Notes under the pieces: model-generated
Databases searched by the model: none
What the model was told of the DNA's origin: nothing
What the model saw: only the letters and a program-made list of their open reading frames with translations
NCBI GenBank assembly: GCA_965200095.1
Contig: OZ241350.1
Location: 2,763,761 to 2,827,760 of the forward strand
DNA length: 64,000 bases
Direction of reading: 5' to 3'
From: Alphaproteobacteria bacterium
GTDB taxonomy: Bacteria > Pseudomonadota > Alphaproteobacteria > UBA7887
Translations under genes and position numbers: made by a program
Part shown: in pieces, positions 10,166 through 19,604 of the stretch
Position numbering within the stretch: position 1 is the stretch's first letter
How the letters are laid out: each line of letters begins with the position of its first letter

Positions 10166-10273
10166 ACGCGCCGGGCGTCGGAAGAACTGCGGATCGCGCG
10201 CCCGTTGCGGCTGTGCGCAATGCGATTGAAGCGGTGCCGCCAGCGGTTCTCATCATGGCGATGGACACGCCCT

Positions 10274-10358
10274 CCCCTGGGAGCGCCGGCGTCTCGCCGG
10301 CATGCGCGCGAAGCGTGCGACGACACAGATGCCGGCGAGACGCCGGCGCTCCCAGGGG
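10274..10358. repeat. Intergenic 30-bp perfect inverted repeat (REP-doublet-like hairpin)
   Basis: CCCCTGGGAGCGCCGGCGTCTCGCCGGCAT (10274-10303) is the exact reverse complement of 10329-10358, with a 25-nt loop; each arm is itself a small hairpin. Confidence 0.85.
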
Positions 10359-10480
10359 CGGCCGCGACCGGTCCGCCGCATCGCTACGGGCCAAAATGAG
10401 AATTGCTGCGACGCCGCGCGGTTGCTATACGCTGGCCGCATCGGAAAGAACGCTGAGCCGCCGGGGACGGGAGGGCCGAC

Positions 10481-11317
10481 ATGGACATCGGGGCATTCAT
10501 CTTCGCGACCGACTACGCGATCCGCATCGACGAACTCGCGCGCGAATTGGAAGCGCGCGGTTTCGAGTCGCTGTTCGTGCCCGAACACACGCATATCCCG
10601 GCGAGCCGCAAGTCGCCCTTCCCGGGCGGCGGCGACCTGCCCCGGGAGTATTCGCATACGCACGACCCGTTCGTGTCGCTGTCGTTCGCCGCTGCGGCGA
10701 CGGAGACGCTCAAGCTCGGCACCGGCATTTGCCTCGTCCCGCAGCGCGACCCCATCGTGACGGCGAAGGCCGTGGCCAGCCTCGACGCGCTTTCCGGCGG
10801 GCGGTTCATCCTCGGCATGGGCGGCGGCTGGAACGTCGAGGAGATGGAGGACCACGGCGCGCAATACGGCACGCGCTTCGCATTGTTGCGGGAGCGGGTG
10901 CTGGCCATGAAGGCCCTCTGGACCGATGAAGAGGCGGAATTCCACGGCGAATTCGTGGATTTCGACCCCTGCTGGGCCTATCCGAAGCCGGCGCAGAAAC
11001 CGCATCCGCCCTTGCTGCTCGGCGGCGAGAGCGATTATACGCTGCGGCGCGTCGTGGATTTCTGCGACGGCTGGTTTCCGCGCGGGCGCGGCGGGTTCGA
11101 CGCCGCCGCCGGCATCGGGCGCCTACGCCGCATCGCCGACGAGGCGGGCCGCGACATGGCCGAACTGTCGGTGAGCGTGTTCGGCGCGAAGCCGGACGCG
11201 CAGGCGATGGAGGAATACCGGCAGGCGGGAGTCTCCCGGGCGATCGTCGGCCTCCCGTCGAACGGCCGCGACGACATCCTCCGCCGCCTGGACAAGCACG
11301 CAGGATTGCTGGAGTAG
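10481..11317 (+). CDS. LLM-class (probably F420-dependent) oxidoreductase
   Basis: LEARGFESLFVPEHTHIP, HDPFVSLSFAAAAT..LKLGTGICLVPQRDPIVTAKAVASLDALSGGRFILGMGGGWNVEEM, PKPAQKPHPP. Confidence 0.9.
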   Translation: MDIGAFIFATDYAIRIDELARELEARGFESLFVPEHTHIPASRKSPFPGGGDLPREYSHTHDPFVSLSFAAAATETLKLGTGICLVPQRDPIVTAKAVASLDALSGGRFILGMGGGWNVEEMEDHGAQYGTRFALLRERVLAMKALWTDEEAEFHGEFVDFDPCWAYPKPAQKPHPPLLLGGESDYTLRRVVDFCDGWFPRGRGGFDAAAGIGRLRRIADEAGRDMAELSVSVFGAKPDAQAMEEYRQAGVSRAIVGLPSNGRDDILRRLDKHAGLLE

Positions 11318-11578
11318 CGGACCGGCGCGCTCATGCCCAGCTCCGGCGTCTGCGTAAGCGGAAGCGGGTGAATTTGGGAAATTGCGCCGATCCGGGTTCA
11401 AGTTCGTCCATTATGCGGCCTCTGCGCAAGGCCCGGATTTTTTCGGGGTCCGGTCGCGTCCTCGGCGGTTGCCTGTTCGCCTCGATGTCCGTCGGCGTCG
11501 CGAGGCGTCGACGGGATGACCGGGGGCGCCTCGATTCGATCCGGCTTGTCGTTGTCCGGATATGTTCGTTTCGCGAAA

Positions 11579-12316
11579 GAGCGTGTGAAAAAATCGGACG
11601 GTCTTGCCGCGCGACCCGCAGGCCGCCCCGAAAAGGTAGCGGTAGCCATAGCGATGGTCGCGCACGATGCGCGGGCGCGATCCGCGACGCGCCCACAAGC
11701 GCGACATCATGCCCTTCCGACCGACCCGGGCCTCATCCTGAAACCACACCTCCACAGGCTGCGACAGCGCGCTCGACCCCAACATCTCGCGCACCCGCGC
11801 CCTCACCCGAACCGCGAACTCCGACCGGAACTGCGAACGCGCAACCGCGTCCCCGCGCGGGTGCTCCGGGCGCCCCGAAAGGCGGCGAAACCCCTCCCTC
11901 CGAAGCAGCTGGCGAACGCTCTCGTCCGCATAAGCCACCCCGAAGGCCTCCTCGATCTTGCGACGAATGTCGCGAACACGCCACCGAACAACACCGTCGC
12001 GCGCCGGCTCCGGTCCCGCCTCCACCCAACCCCGCACAACCGACAACTGCTCCTCATCGAGAAAACACGCACGACCGACGCGACGACGATCCCGAAGACC
12101 CTCCGGACCCTCCGCGTTGTAGCGATGCGCCCAGTCGCGAACCGCCTGACGATCCATCCCCGTCAGCCGACCCGCCTCCGCGCGACCGACGCCCTCCAGA
12201 ACCAACGCTGCCATCGAAAGACGCGCGTTCTGCCGCGCGTCCTTCCCCGAACGCGCAAGAGACCGCAAATCCTCCGCCGTGTGCGTCGTCCGCGTGACCT
12301 TCACCGCCGCAGGCAT
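11579..12316 (-). pseudogene. IS630-family transposase, 3'-truncated
   Basis: HTH region (GMDRQAVRDWAHRYNAEGPEGLRDR), winged HTH (VVRWRVRDIRRKIEEAFGVAY), VWFQDEARVGRKG, RYGYRYLFGAAC. Homology stops at the GAGCGTGTGAAAAAATC motif at 11579. Confidence 0.88.
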
Positions 12317-12357
12317 CCAAACCCCCGAAACCCATCCCCAAACACAACATATGGACC

Positions 12358-13359
12358 ATGAAAACGCCCGGAACTCAAAACCTTCCCAGTGAGCCAAACC
12401 CAAACGGGTTTGGTATAAGACGCGGTTCGGCGTCGAATCCTCCCCTCTTGTCGGTCGTTGTGCCCTGTTACGACGAGGAAGCTGTCATAAACTTGACTCA
12501 TGCCCGCCTTTCCGGCGTGCTGGACGGCCTGTCCGGCGTCGCCTGGGAGATACTTTACGTCGATGACGGCAGTGGCGACTCCACGCCGGACTTGCTGCGG
12601 GAGTTCGCGCGTGTCGATTCGCGTGTTCGGGTGCTCGCCCTGTCGCGCAATTTCGGGCACCAGACGGCGCTTACCGCCGGCTTGACGGAGGCGACCGGCG
12701 ACATCGTGGCGATTATCGACGCCGACTTGCAGGATCCGCCGGAAATCATCGCCGAAATGCTGGAGCGCTGGCGCGCCGGCGCCGATGTCGCTTACGGCCG
12801 ACGCATCGCGCGCGCCGGAGAGACCGCATTCAAGCGCTGGACGGCGGCAGCGTTCTATCGCGTTCTCGCCTTTTTCTCCGATGCGCCCATCCGTATCGAT
12901 TCCGGCGATTTCCAGCTCATGGACCGCAGTGTCGTGGACGCCCTGGCGGCCATGCCCGAGCGCGACCGCTTCGTGCGCGGCCTGGTGGCGTGGGCCGGCT
13001 TCCGTCAGGAAGCTGTCCCCTACCGGCGGGACCCGCGCGCTGCGGGCGAGACCAAATACCCGTTGCGCAAGATGCTGCGCTTCGCCGCGAGCGGGGTCGT
13101 GTCGTTCTCCCTGGCGCCGCTGCGGCTTGCGACGTGGCTGGGGTTTCTCGTCTCCGGGGCGGCGGGAGCGGGCATCGTCTACGCTCTGGCGCTCAGGCTG
13201 TTCGGCGATTCATGGGTCACAGGCTGGACGTTGCTCTTTATTTCCATACTGTTCCTCGGCGGCATCCAGCTCACGATGATCGGCGTTGTCGGAGAGTATG
13301 TCGGTCGCATTTACGGGGAGGCGAAAAGGCGGCCGCTGATCTGGTTCGGACACATGTGA
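12358..13359 (+). CDS. GT2 polyprenyl-phosphate glycosyltransferase (GtrB/YkoT-like); C-terminus truncated by IS481
   Basis: LSVVVPCYDEE, YVDDGSGD, LSRNFGHQTALTAGL, IIDADLQDPPE, two C-terminal TM helices, GEYVGRIYGEAKRRPL. The last residues (IWFGHM) are encoded by the IS481 left IR. Confidence 0.9.
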   Translation: MKTPGTQNLPSEPNPNGFGIRRGSASNPPLLSVVVPCYDEEAVINLTHARLSGVLDGLSGVAWEILYVDDGSGDSTPDLLREFARVDSRVRVLALSRNFGHQTALTAGLTEATGDIVAIIDADLQDPPEIIAEMLERWRAGADVAYGRRIARAGETAFKRWTAAAFYRVLAFFSDAPIRIDSGDFQLMDRSVVDALAAMPERDRFVRGLVAWAGFRQEAVPYRRDPRAAGETKYPLRKMLRFAASGVVSFSLAPLRLATWLGFLVSGAAGAGIVYALALRLFGDSWVTGWTLLFISILFLGGIQLTMIGVVGEYVGRIYGEAKRRPLIWFGHM

Positions 13360-14485
13360 GACGCGGGGCTTGAAGGCGGGGCGGGGGTCTCCGAAGCTGT
13401 TTGGTGTGAGGAAACAGCCAACGGAGGCCCCCATGCAGGTTGTTGGCCTGCCGAGACAGATTACACAAGGAGCACGCCTGGCGTCGCGTCTGTGCGCCGC
13501 TGAGCGTAGCGAAGGGGCGCACAGACGCGACGCCATCGAACGCTGGAAGCAGGCCCGCGCGGACGGCCTGAACGCCCGCTCGGCGGCGGCTGCGGTCGGA
13601 GTGCCCCTGTCGACCCTCTACCGCTGGCAAAAACGCGCCCAAAGCGGGCGCCTCGAACCGCTCTCGCGCCGCCCCCGCCGCGTGCGCCGGGCACAATGGT
13701 CGTCGGCTCTGCTCGCGGCCGTGCGCGAGGCCCGCAACGACTATCCCATGTGGGGAAAGGCCAAAATCGCCGTCCTCATCCAACGCCAGGGCTTCGACGC
13801 CAGCGAAAGCACCATCGGCCGCATCCTCAAAACCCTCGTCGAAAAAGGGGACGTCTTCCCCGTCCCCGACCTCCGCCGAAACGCCCCCCGCGCCGCACGA
13901 CGAAAACGCCCCCGGGCCACGCGCCTGCCCAAAGGACGCAAACCCTCCCGGCCCGGAGAAATCGTCCAGCTCGACACCCTCTCCATAACCCGAACCGCAG
14001 GACGACCCACCATCAAGCAGTTCACCGCATACGACCCCGTCACCCGCTGGACATGCGCGCAAGCCTGGAGGCGCGCAACCGCTCACAACGCCAAACGCTT
14101 CCTCGACAAACTCCAGGAAGACATGCCCTTCCCCATCCGAGCCATCCAGGTCGATGGCGGCGCCGAATTCAAAGCCGACTTCGAACGCGAATGCCAAAGC
14201 AGGGGAATCGACCTCTTCGAACTCCCGCCCCGATCCCCCAAACTCAACGGCTCCGTCGAACGCAACAACGGCGCATGGCGATATGAGTTCTACGCAACAT
14301 GGGACCTCCCCGACAACGACCTCAACCGAATCAACCGCTGGGTCGACGCCTTCGCCGACGAGTTCAACAACTTCCGACCCCACCAGGCCCTCGACAACCG
14401 CACCCCCGCTCAATACCTTCAATCCCTCACAGCAAACGAGACCCCCACCGACCGCCCCACGTCTCATATGTCGTGAACCAGTACA
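13337..14485 (+). mobile_element. IS481-family insertion sequence
   Basis: Imperfect IRs TGATCTGGTTCGGACACATGTGAGACGCGGGG (13337) and reverse complement TGTACTGGTTCACGACATATGAGACGTGGGG (ending ACA at 14485). No target duplication visible. Confidence 0.82.
13433..14476 (+). CDS. IS481-family transposase (HTH + integrase core)
   Basis: VGVPLSTLYRW, WGKAKI, PGEIVQLDT, IRAIQVDGGAEF, PPRSPKLNGSVERNN, FNNFRPHQALDNRTP. Confidence 0.9.
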   Translation: MQVVGLPRQITQGARLASRLCAAERSEGAHRRDAIERWKQARADGLNARSAAAAVGVPLSTLYRWQKRAQSGRLEPLSRRPRRVRRAQWSSALLAAVREARNDYPMWGKAKIAVLIQRQGFDASESTIGRILKTLVEKGDVFPVPDLRRNAPRAARRKRPRATRLPKGRKPSRPGEIVQLDTLSITRTAGRPTIKQFTAYDPVTRWTCAQAWRRATAHNAKRFLDKLQEDMPFPIRAIQVDGGAEFKADFERECQSRGIDLFELPPRSPKLNGSVERNNGAWRYEFYATWDLPDNDLNRINRWVDAFADEFNNFRPHQALDNRTPAQYLQSLTANETPTDRPTSHMS

Positions 14486-14690
14486 CGGCGTTTCCGTAAG
14501 AAAAACGGGCCGATATCGTGGACGGCCGCCTCTGGATTCCCTTATCGAGCGTGTGAAGAAAATTGAACACCCCTACAAACACTCGTCATTCCCGCGAAAG
14601 CGGGAATCTGGACCGCGCGCCCGAAATAATAACTCGTTCTTTATTGCGGAAACACTGTAATAGATTCCCGCTTTCGCGGGAATGACGAGT
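14486..14690. repeat. dRS3-like palindrome cluster with IS-end motif
   Basis: Spacer homologous to the 41026 unit, degenerate half palindrome followed by GAGCGTGTGAAGAAAATTG at 14547, full palindromes at 14588-14607 and 14664-14683. Confidence 0.85.
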
Positions 14691-14698
14691 ACTATTAG

Positions 14699-16348
14699 CC
14701 CGGATTTCTCATAGTTTTTGAGTGCATCGGGGTTCTGCCTGCGATATATTGTTCTTGATCAAGGACTTATATCCGGGCAGAGGAGTTCCCCGATGCTGGC
14801 GGAGTGTAGCGCGGCGAGTGGGGCTTTCCAGGCGGTTTCGGGACGCAAGGCGGTTGCGGAGTTCGATGGCGGTTCGGTGACGTCGGACGCGGGGGCGCTG
14901 CTTCTCGGCCGCGCGGACGCGGCGGTGGGTCTGGTGGATCGTCTTGCGGCTTGCTTTGAGGATCATCGCGATCCGCAGTTTGTCGAGCACGATGTCCGGA
15001 CGCTTGTGGGGCAGCGGGTGTTCGGGATTGCGCCAGGATACGAGGACCCGGTCGATCACGATGTGTTGCGCCACGATCCGATTATGGCGGTTCTTGCGGG
15101 GAAGTTGCGGTCGAAGCGTTCGGATTGCGCGCCGGTTGCGGGGAAGTCGACGCTGAACCGGCTTGAGCTGGGCGGTATGTGTCCTTCGGGCGACTGCAAG
15201 ATCGTGCATGATTGTTCGGCGATTGAGGATTTGTTTGTGATGCTGTTCGTGGAGGCGCACGACCGGGTTCCGGAGGAGGTTATCCTGGATTTCGACGCGA
15301 CGGACGATCCGGTTCACGGGACGCAGGAGGGTCGGTTTTTCCACGGCTATTACGACTGCTATTGCTATCTGCCTCTTTATGTGTTCGGCGGTCGCCATCT
15401 TCTGGCGGCGAAACTGCGTCCTGCGAATATCGACGGCGCGGCCGGGGCGGTGGAGGAGGCGGCGCGGATTGTGTCCGGGTTGCGGGCGCACTGGCCGGAT
15501 GTGCGGGTTCTGTTGCGGGCCGATTCGGGTTTCGCGCGCGATGCGTTGATGTCGTGGTGCGAGGCCAACGGGGTGAGTTACCTGTTGGGTCTGGCTCGGA
15601 ACAAGCGTCTGGAGGCGGAGGTTGCGGACGATCCGGCTTGCGCCGGGGCGGAGAGCCGACGCGCCGGCGGGCCGCGTCGGCGCTTCAGGGACTTCATGTG
15701 GCGCACACGCGAGAGCTGGGGCTGTGCGCGCCGCGTCGTCGCCAGGGCCGAATGGACCCATGGCAAGGCCAATCCGCGCTTCGTCGTCACCTCGCTCGGC
15801 GCCAATGAATACAACGCCCGGCGCCTCTACGAGGACCTCTACTGCCAACACGGCGAGATGGAAAATCGCATCAAGGAATGCCAACTCGACCTGTTCGCCG
15901 ACCGCACTTCGGCGCATGGCCTGCGCGCCAATCAATTGCGCCTGTGGTTCGCCTCGATGGCTTACGAGTTGGTCTGCGCCGTGCGCCGCCTCGGCCTCGC
16001 CGGCACACGCCTGGCGGCCGCTACCTGCGGCAGTGTGCGTCTGAAACTGTTCAAGATCGGGGCGCGGGTTCGCGTCAGCGTGCGCCGCATCAGGATCGCC
16101 ATGGACACCGACCACCCCTTCCGCGAGGAGTTCCGCATCGCACGAAGACGATTATCCGCCGCCGCGGCATAAAGCGGCGCAAGACAAACCCCTCCCTTCA
16201 ACAACACGGAAACAGCGCAGAGCAGACCCAACCGCCGAACGGCGGGCGCCCCGGCACGCCTCCAAAACGGCAAACCCCACCCAACTCCGCAAGGAATCGC
16301 TATCGCTACACCCAAACCCGAAAATCGGATGAGTATGAGAAATCCGGG
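14699..16348 (+). mobile_element. IS1380-family insertion sequence
   Basis: Perfect IRs CCCGGATTTCTCATA / TATGAGAAATCCGGG; flanks TTAG and CTAG. Confidence 0.9.
14793..16172 (+). CDS. IS1380-family transposase (DDE_Tnp_1_4)
   Basis: AEFDGGSVTSDAGALLL, AGKSTLNRLE, ILDFDATDDPVHGTQEGRFFHGYYDCYCYLPLY, LRADSGFAR, MENRIKECQLDLFADRTS, LKLFKIGA. Confidence 0.93.
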   Translation: MLAECSAASGAFQAVSGRKAVAEFDGGSVTSDAGALLLGRADAAVGLVDRLAACFEDHRDPQFVEHDVRTLVGQRVFGIAPGYEDPVDHDVLRHDPIMAVLAGKLRSKRSDCAPVAGKSTLNRLELGGMCPSGDCKIVHDCSAIEDLFVMLFVEAHDRVPEEVILDFDATDDPVHGTQEGRFFHGYYDCYCYLPLYVFGGRHLLAAKLRPANIDGAAGAVEEAARIVSGLRAHWPDVRVLLRADSGFARDALMSWCEANGVSYLLGLARNKRLEAEVADDPACAGAESRRAGGPRRRFRDFMWRTRESWGCARRVVARAEWTHGKANPRFVVTSLGANEYNARRLYEDLYCQHGEMENRIKECQLDLFADRTSAHGLRANQLRLWFASMAYELVCAVRRLGLAGTRLAAATCGSVRLKLFKIGARVRVSVRRIRIAMDTDHPFREEFRIARRRLSAAAA

Positions 16349-16417
16349 CTAGCTACATGAGCGCCCGACGCCGAACCGGCGACGGGCCGTTGCGTCGCAG
16401 TCGATGGGCAAGCCCGT

Positions 16418-17803
16418 TCAGCGCGACGTGTCGATGCCGAGCAGGAGTTCGGGCAGCCACAGGGCCAGGGCGGGGAACGAGATCACCGTGAGCAAGCCGA
16501 TCAGCTGCAAACTCACGAAGGGGATGATGCCCCTGTAGATCTGCTGGATGCGGACGTGTTCCGGCGCCACGCCCTTCATGTAGAAGAGCGCAAAACCGAA
16601 AGGCGGAGTCAGGAACGATGTCTGAAGATTCACCGCCAGCAGGATCGCGATCCAGGGGATGATGTTGTCCACCCCCGGAATATGCGCGCCGAAATCCATC
16701 GTCTTCATGATCGGCAGGAACAGCGGCAGCACGATCAACGTGATCTCGATCCAGTCGAAGAAGAAGCCGAGCAGGAAGACGATCGCCATCATCAGGACCA
16801 GAAGACCCCACGACCCCAGGCCCAGGCCCTGCACATAGTGCTCCACCAGGTCGTCGCCGCCGAGCGAGCGATAGACGTAGGAGAACGCCGTAGCGCCGAT
16901 CAGGATGCCGAAGATCATGCCGATGGTGAGCGCCGAACGCGTCGAGACGTCCTTCAGAACGCCGTAGGTCAGCTTGCGGTTCATTATGGCGAGGAGGATC
17001 GCGCCCAGCGCGCCCACGCCCGCCGCCTCGGTGGGCGTCGCCAGGCCGGCGAAGATCGACCCGAGCACCAGCACGATGAGCATGATCGGCGGGATGAAGC
17101 TCTTGAGGATCATCATCGTGAGCGCCGCACGGGTCCCCGGCCCCAGCTCCGCGGGGAGCGGCGGGGCGAGCGCCGGCTGGATCTTCGAGCGGATGAAAAT
17201 GTAGACGAGATAGAGACCGGAAAGCACGATGCCCGGAAGCACCGCGGCCAGGAACAGGCTGCCGACCGAGATCGCCAGCAGGTCCGCCATGATCACGAGC
17301 ATGATGCTCGGCGGAATCAGGATCCCGAGAGTGCCCGAAGCGGCGATGGTGCCGGTGGCGAGGGGGATATCGTAGCCCCGGTCGAGCATCACCGGCAGCG
17401 CCAGCAGGGTCATCATCACCACCGAGGCGCCGATGATCCCCGTCGTCGCGGCCATGATGGTGCCCATGATGGTGACCGACATCGCCAGCCCGCCGGGAGT
17501 GCGCCGCAACAGCACCTGCAGGCAGTGGAGCAGGTCGTTGGCGACGCCCGACCGTTCCAGCATGGTGCCCATGAAGATGAACATCGGCACCGCGACGAGG
17601 ATCGGGTTCTCCGCCGCCGTCCCCCATATCCGCAGGTTCACATTGTAGAATTCGGTGAATTTGAAGACATCGTAATATATGCCGATGCCGCCGTAGACGA
17701 CGGCGAGCCCGCCGAGCACCCACGCGACGGGGTAACCGCTGAACAGCAGGATGGCCAGCGACAGGAACATGAAGACGGGGAGAAGTTCCACATAGTCCAT
17801 CAC
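16418..17803 (-). CDS. dctM: TRAP transporter large permease subunit
   Basis: AVPMFIFMGTMLERSG, IAASGTLGILIPPSIMLVI, ATPTEAAGVGA, GFFFDWIEI, NLQTSFLTPPFGFALFY. Confidence 0.93.
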   Translation of the reverse strand: MMDYVELLPVFMFLSLAILLFSGYPVAWVLGGLAVVYGGIGIYYDVFKFTEFYNVNLRIWGTAAENPILVAVPMFIFMGTMLERSGVANDLLHCLQVLLRRTPGGLAMSVTIMGTIMAATTGIIGASVVMMTLLALPVMLDRGYDIPLATGTIAASGTLGILIPPSIMLVIMADLLAISVGSLFLAAVLPGIVLSGLYLVYIFIRSKIQPALAPPLPAELGPGTRAALTMMILKSFIPPIMLIVLVLGSIFAGLATPTEAAGVGALGAILLAIMNRKLTYGVLKDVSTRSALTIGMIFGILIGATAFSYVYRSLGGDDLVEHYVQGLGLGSWGLLVLMMAIVFLLGFFFDWIEITLIVLPLFLPIMKTMDFGAHIPGVDNIIPWIAILLAVNLQTSFLTPPFGFALFYMKGVAPEHVRIQQIYRGIIPFVSLQLIGLLTVISFPALALWLPELLLGIDTSR

Positions 17804-18558
17804 GGCGTCTCCTCATCGCGGCGGTCGCGCCGCGCCCCCGCCTCGTCGGCGGCGAGCAGTTCGATCCCCATGTCGTCGGCTTCGGCGGCGATCTCCGCGG
17901 CTTCCTTCTCGGCCGCGGCGCGCAGTTCGGCCGCCGCATCGCGCAGTTCCGGCGCCCGGGAGCGGACCGCATCGCGGATCTCCGGCGGGCCGAAAAGGAA
18001 GAGGGCGTTGCGCAACAGCACCGATGCCATGCCGATCAACAGCAGGACCATCCCGATGGGCACGAACGACTTGATGATCCAGCGATGGCTGAGACCGGTG
18101 AGCGCCGCCGAAACCTCGTTGATCGCAAAGGCGCGGTAGGCGAAATCGATGCCGTTGTAGAGCACCAGCGCCGAATAGGGCAGCAGGAACACGAGGCAGA
18201 ACAGGAACTCGATCCACGCTTTCGTCTCGAGGCTGAAGCGGTCGCGGGCCATCTCGATGCGGACATGCGAATTCCGCGCATAGGCGAAGCCCAGGCAGAG
18301 CAGGAACAGCGCCGCGTGCAAGTGCCACTCGAGGTCCTGGAATTTCGTCGAGGTCAGGTAGCTCTCGATGAACCCCGCGATGGCCTCGTTGCCGCTGGCG
18401 CGGAAGCCCTCGACCGCCATCGTCAGCAGTTTGAACTTGCGGGTGATCACATCGACGATGATCACCGCGACCAGCGGCAGCAGCAGCCACGCCGCCCAGC
18501 GGCCGATGGCCGAGACGAACGCGTCGCACGCGCGACTCGTCGCGAGGAGTCGATTCAT
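17800..18558 (-). CDS. dctQ: TRAP transporter small permease subunit
   Basis: Four TM segments, LEWHLHAALFLLCLGFAYARNSHVRIE; overlaps dctM start. Confidence 0.88.
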   Translation of the reverse strand: MNRLLATSRACDAFVSAIGRWAAWLLLPLVAVIIVDVITRKFKLLTMAVEGFRASGNEAIAGFIESYLTSTKFQDLEWHLHAALFLLCLGFAYARNSHVRIEMARDRFSLETKAWIEFLFCLVFLLPYSALVLYNGIDFAYRAFAINEVSAALTGLSHRWIIKSFVPIGMVLLLIGMASVLLRNALFLFGPPEIRDAVRSRAPELRDAAAELRAAAEKEAAEIAAEADDMGIELLAADEAGARRDRRDEETP

Positions 18559-18684
18559 GAAAGCCTCCTGTGAACCGCGTCCGTCCGGCGGGGAAGGGCG
18601 CATAAAGACACGGCGACCCGGCATTGACAACCGGAATCGCGCCCGCCGGCCGCGCTCCCCCGCGCCAGGGCGCGCCGCCGGCGG

Positions 18685-19212
18685 CTAGTCCTCGAAACGC
18701 CTGACCAGCGTGACCTCGCTCATCCGGTAGTAGTAGCCGTCCCACTCCTCGTCGATCACCTCGAGGCGCCCCTCGACGACGATGGGCGCGAGGCTCAGCT
18801 CGAGGGGGTCGTCGCATCGCAGTTCGACGAAACTTTCCGGCCCCGCAGTGGTGCAGAACGGGCAGTGGGGGGCGTATCGGCTCAGCAATATGCGCGCGCC
18901 CGAAGCGTCGAGCGGCAGCATGAAGCCCACCATGCGGACGGTCTCGCCGTCCAGCGCCATCACGTCATCGGCGTATTCCGGGACCATGTCCGGACCGTCG
19001 AACACGAGCTCGACGCCGTGCAGGGTGTCCCAGGAAACGACGCCCGCCACTTCGGGGAGCGGAATGGGCTTGTAGCCGCCCTCGGCCCAGGGATTGTCGT
19101 AGCCGGGTCCGCCGCTGTCCTGCGCTCCGGCCCCCGGCGCCCACGCGAACGCCAGGGCCAGCGCCGACACGGTCGCCAGAGTCGCTGCGGTCGCCGTTCG
19201 CGGTCCACGCAT
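18685..19212 (-). CDS. DUF3299-family exported protein
   Basis: Signal peptide, then VSWDTL..MALDGETVRMVGFMLPL..LLSRYAPHCPFC..PIVVEGRL..YYYRM. Confidence 0.7.
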   Translation of the reverse strand: MRGPRTATAATLATVSALALAFAWAPGAGAQDSGGPGYDNPWAEGGYKPIPLPEVAGVVSWDTLHGVELVFDGPDMVPEYADDVMALDGETVRMVGFMLPLDASGARILLSRYAPHCPFCTTAGPESFVELRCDDPLELSLAPIVVEGRLEVIDEEWDGYYYRMSEVTLVRRFED

Positions 19213-19240
19213 CTTCGCGGCCTCCTCCCGGGTTACGGCG

Positions 19241-19543
19241 CTACAGCTGGAACTGGCTCGCGCCGACTTCCACGCCGTCGACAACGCACAGGTTTTCGGC
19301 GACGCGGACTTCCGACTCCGCTCCCGCCTCGCAGGTAACGCGCCAGTGTCGGCTCTCGATGAGGACCGTGGCGGGTTCGCTCGACGGGTTGAACGTCGCG
19401 GTCTTGCCCGCGCGCAGGCGGTAAAGCCATTTCTCGATCCAGACGTTGACCGTTTCCTCGCCGTCGTTGGCGACGGTCAGCGCCGCCGCAGGCGCGGTCG
19501 GGAGCGCAAGGGCGCAGAGCAACGCGAGCGCCGTCATTCTCAT
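19241..19543 (-). CDS. Small secreted hypothetical protein (~100 aa)
   Basis: Signal peptide MRMTALALLCALALPTAPAAA, beta-strand-like mature part with two Cys; non-shadow amino acid composition. Confidence 0.6.
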   Translation of the reverse strand: MRMTALALLCALALPTAPAAALTVANDGEETVNVWIEKWLYRLRAGKTATFNPSSEPATVLIESRHWRVTCEAGAESEVRVAENLCVVDGVEVGASQFQL

Positions 19544-19604
19544 GGGGAACCCCCGCAGCGGGAACGACATTCGCCCGCAGCATAGCTCAGCCGCTCCGGC
19601 AAGG

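Noticed and set aside
10225-10232. ATTGAAGC, resembling a CRISPR repeat 3' end
   Set aside because: Single occurrence with no repeat-spacer periodicity.
11331-11578. Possible gene fragment ending ..MDELEPGSAQFPKFTRFRLRRRRSWA
   Set aside because: No recognisable family motif; cannot be supported as a CDS or IS part.
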